NCBI GenBank assembly: GCA_030141605.1
Contig: JAQGDQ010000544.1
Location: 62,001-126,000 of the forward strand
Reading direction: 5' to 3'
From: Tubiluchus corallicola
Taxonomy: Eukaryota; Animalia; Priapulida
Length of the DNA: 64,000 bases
In this document: one piece after another, positions 62,601 through 64,000 of the stretch
Position numbering within the stretch: the stretch's first letter is position 1
Layout of the letters: every line of letters begins with the position of its first letter
Notes under the pieces: model-generated
Databases searched by the model: none
Told to the model about the DNA's origin: nothing
Seen by the model: the letters and a program-made list of their open reading frames with translations, nothing else
Translations under genes and position numbers: made by a program

Positions 62601-63764
62601 CTGTATGTTGTGTATGTAGTTTTGTTATATAGACCTTTTTGCTTGGAATAAACTATTATATATAAACTTTATTTATTTACAACATAGTTTTACTGATCAC
62701 AGTATATCCAATAAGTGCAGTGCAGGAAAATTGTAATACGTTAAGGACAGACACATAAAGAGCATACAGTTAGTTGGAGGATATAATTAAACAAATAGTT
62801 AATTCAATGGTGCATCAGCCGATACAGTTAATTCAAAAGTACGAGTGGAATATAAAATTGATACTTAATTGCGTAACTTATTACGCTGCTACTACTCACT
62901 GCTATTACAAAAGCATATGGCAAACGTCCAGTAACTTTTGGAATTGGTGGAATGGCATACCTAGTGATAGACAAAAAGACATCTCTATTACGCACCCAGA
63001 GGTGTAATATCAGCAATACAAATACTTCGAGTAGTAGTTCAGTAAAAACCCACTAATGCAAAAGTAATTCAGTATTATGACGAATTGATGCAATACACGC
63101 TTTAAATAAAATAGATCGTGAATTTAAGTTGCTATTGCCTGTGTTTTTCCAAAGTATGTTTTTAACTACTGAAGTCTGCCAAGATCATGAATCTCTAATG
63201 TACTTATATAATTATAAAGTTACCTGGTATCCTGATGCGTACCCAAACACCGGACAGAGCAGTATCTGGCTCCACATGGCACGCACACATAGTTAGATGG
63301 AAATGTTTGAACAGTTAAGGCAAACAAATGAATTTAATTAGTTATCGAAAAGATACTTAGCAAAATAAACCGATGAAGCTTACTGATTATCAATATAATG
63401 ATACTTAATGAGCGGAATATAAAATTGATACTTAATTGCATAAATTGTTACGCTGCTACTATGGCAAACGTCCAGTAACTTTTGGAATTGGTGGCATGGC
63501 ATAGCTAGTGATAGACAAAAGGACTTTCTTTTACGGATCTTACATGTAGTAGCTGCTAGTGTATATAAATCTGTCATTATATAGTCATTAGATAGGGCTA
63601 TTTTATTATTTTATTATGTATATGTGTTCTGTGACTACTTTTTGTGACAGTGGCTTGGGAACCTGGTCACGTGTGAATGGTGGAGCCACATTTGGTTAAA
63701 TGAAGGCTTTGCAACATACGGCGAATACTTGGGTGGACATGCCATAGAGCCTACGTGGAAACTC
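56375..63764 (+). CDS. Aminopeptidase N-like M1 zinc metallopeptidase, gene C (exons 1-8; continues beyond the window)
   Basis: Exons: 56375-56588, 57086-57193, 58428-58731, 60206-60361, 61123-61237, 61992-62118, 62237-62391, 63651-63764. Sizes of exons 2-8 are identical to gene B. Motifs: TM helix, [44 protein letters not shown]...WLNEGFA. Confidence 0.92.
59311..59608. repeat. (TC)n(TA)n at 59311-59377 and (TG)n at 59533-59608
   Basis: Directly visible. Confidence 0.93.
62842..63535 (+). repeat. Dispersed direct repeat, ~150/125 bp (62842-62992 and 63410-63535), in gene C intron 7
   Basis: Both copies read GGAATATAAAATTGATACTTAATTGC...TATGGCAAACGTCCAGTAACTTTTGGAATTGGTGG...TAGTGATAGACAAAA; the second lacks ~23 bp. 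Confidence 0.9.
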
Positions 63765-63874
63765 GTAAGAACTGTTTTAGTAATACCTGTGATACCTGTG
63801 ACCTTAATAAAACATGTGGCTATTATGTAGGAGAATGTGAGGCTTTGCAGCAACTTTTCTCCCGCCTCTTCTGT

Positions 63875-63903
63875 CTCTCTCTCTCTTTCTTTCTCTCCCT
63901 CCC

Positions 63904-63977
<74 letters not shown>
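63875..63977. repeat. (CT)n microsatellite
   Basis: Directly visible. Confidence 0.96.
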
Positions 63978-63979
<2 letters not shown>

Positions 63980-64000
63980 CGGCCTATCTCTATATATGTT

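Overview
AT-rich, microsatellite-dense, intron-rich eukaryotic DNA, most likely an invertebrate animal. The main content is a cluster of three paralogous type II membrane M1 zinc aminopeptidase (aminopeptidase N-like) genes, reconstructed by hand from GT/AG boundaries and matching exon sizes. Gene A is on the minus strand (14355-32130, 22 coding exons, ~978 aa). Gene B is on the minus strand (33864-51728, 22 exons, ~984 aa). Gene C is on the plus strand (56375 to beyond 64000, exons 1-8 visible), head-to-head with B. All three keep GAMEN and HExxH-18-E. They appear to exchange sequence piecemeal: a B/C tract from exon 8 into intron 8, an A-like exon 14 in B with an orphan half-exon left behind, and homogenised exons 19 and 22. 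Gene A meanwhile has a remodelled pre-GAMEN loop. The first ~14 kb and the introns hold a TTAA-flanked Kolobok-like non-autonomous family, a DD41D Tc1/mariner deletion derivative, RTE-X-like and L2 LINE remnants, hairpin MITEs, minisatellites and an inverted pair of decayed Penelope-type hammerhead ribozyme motifs. Most long entries in the ORF track are microsatellite artefacts. Coordinates and mismatch counts were read by eye.
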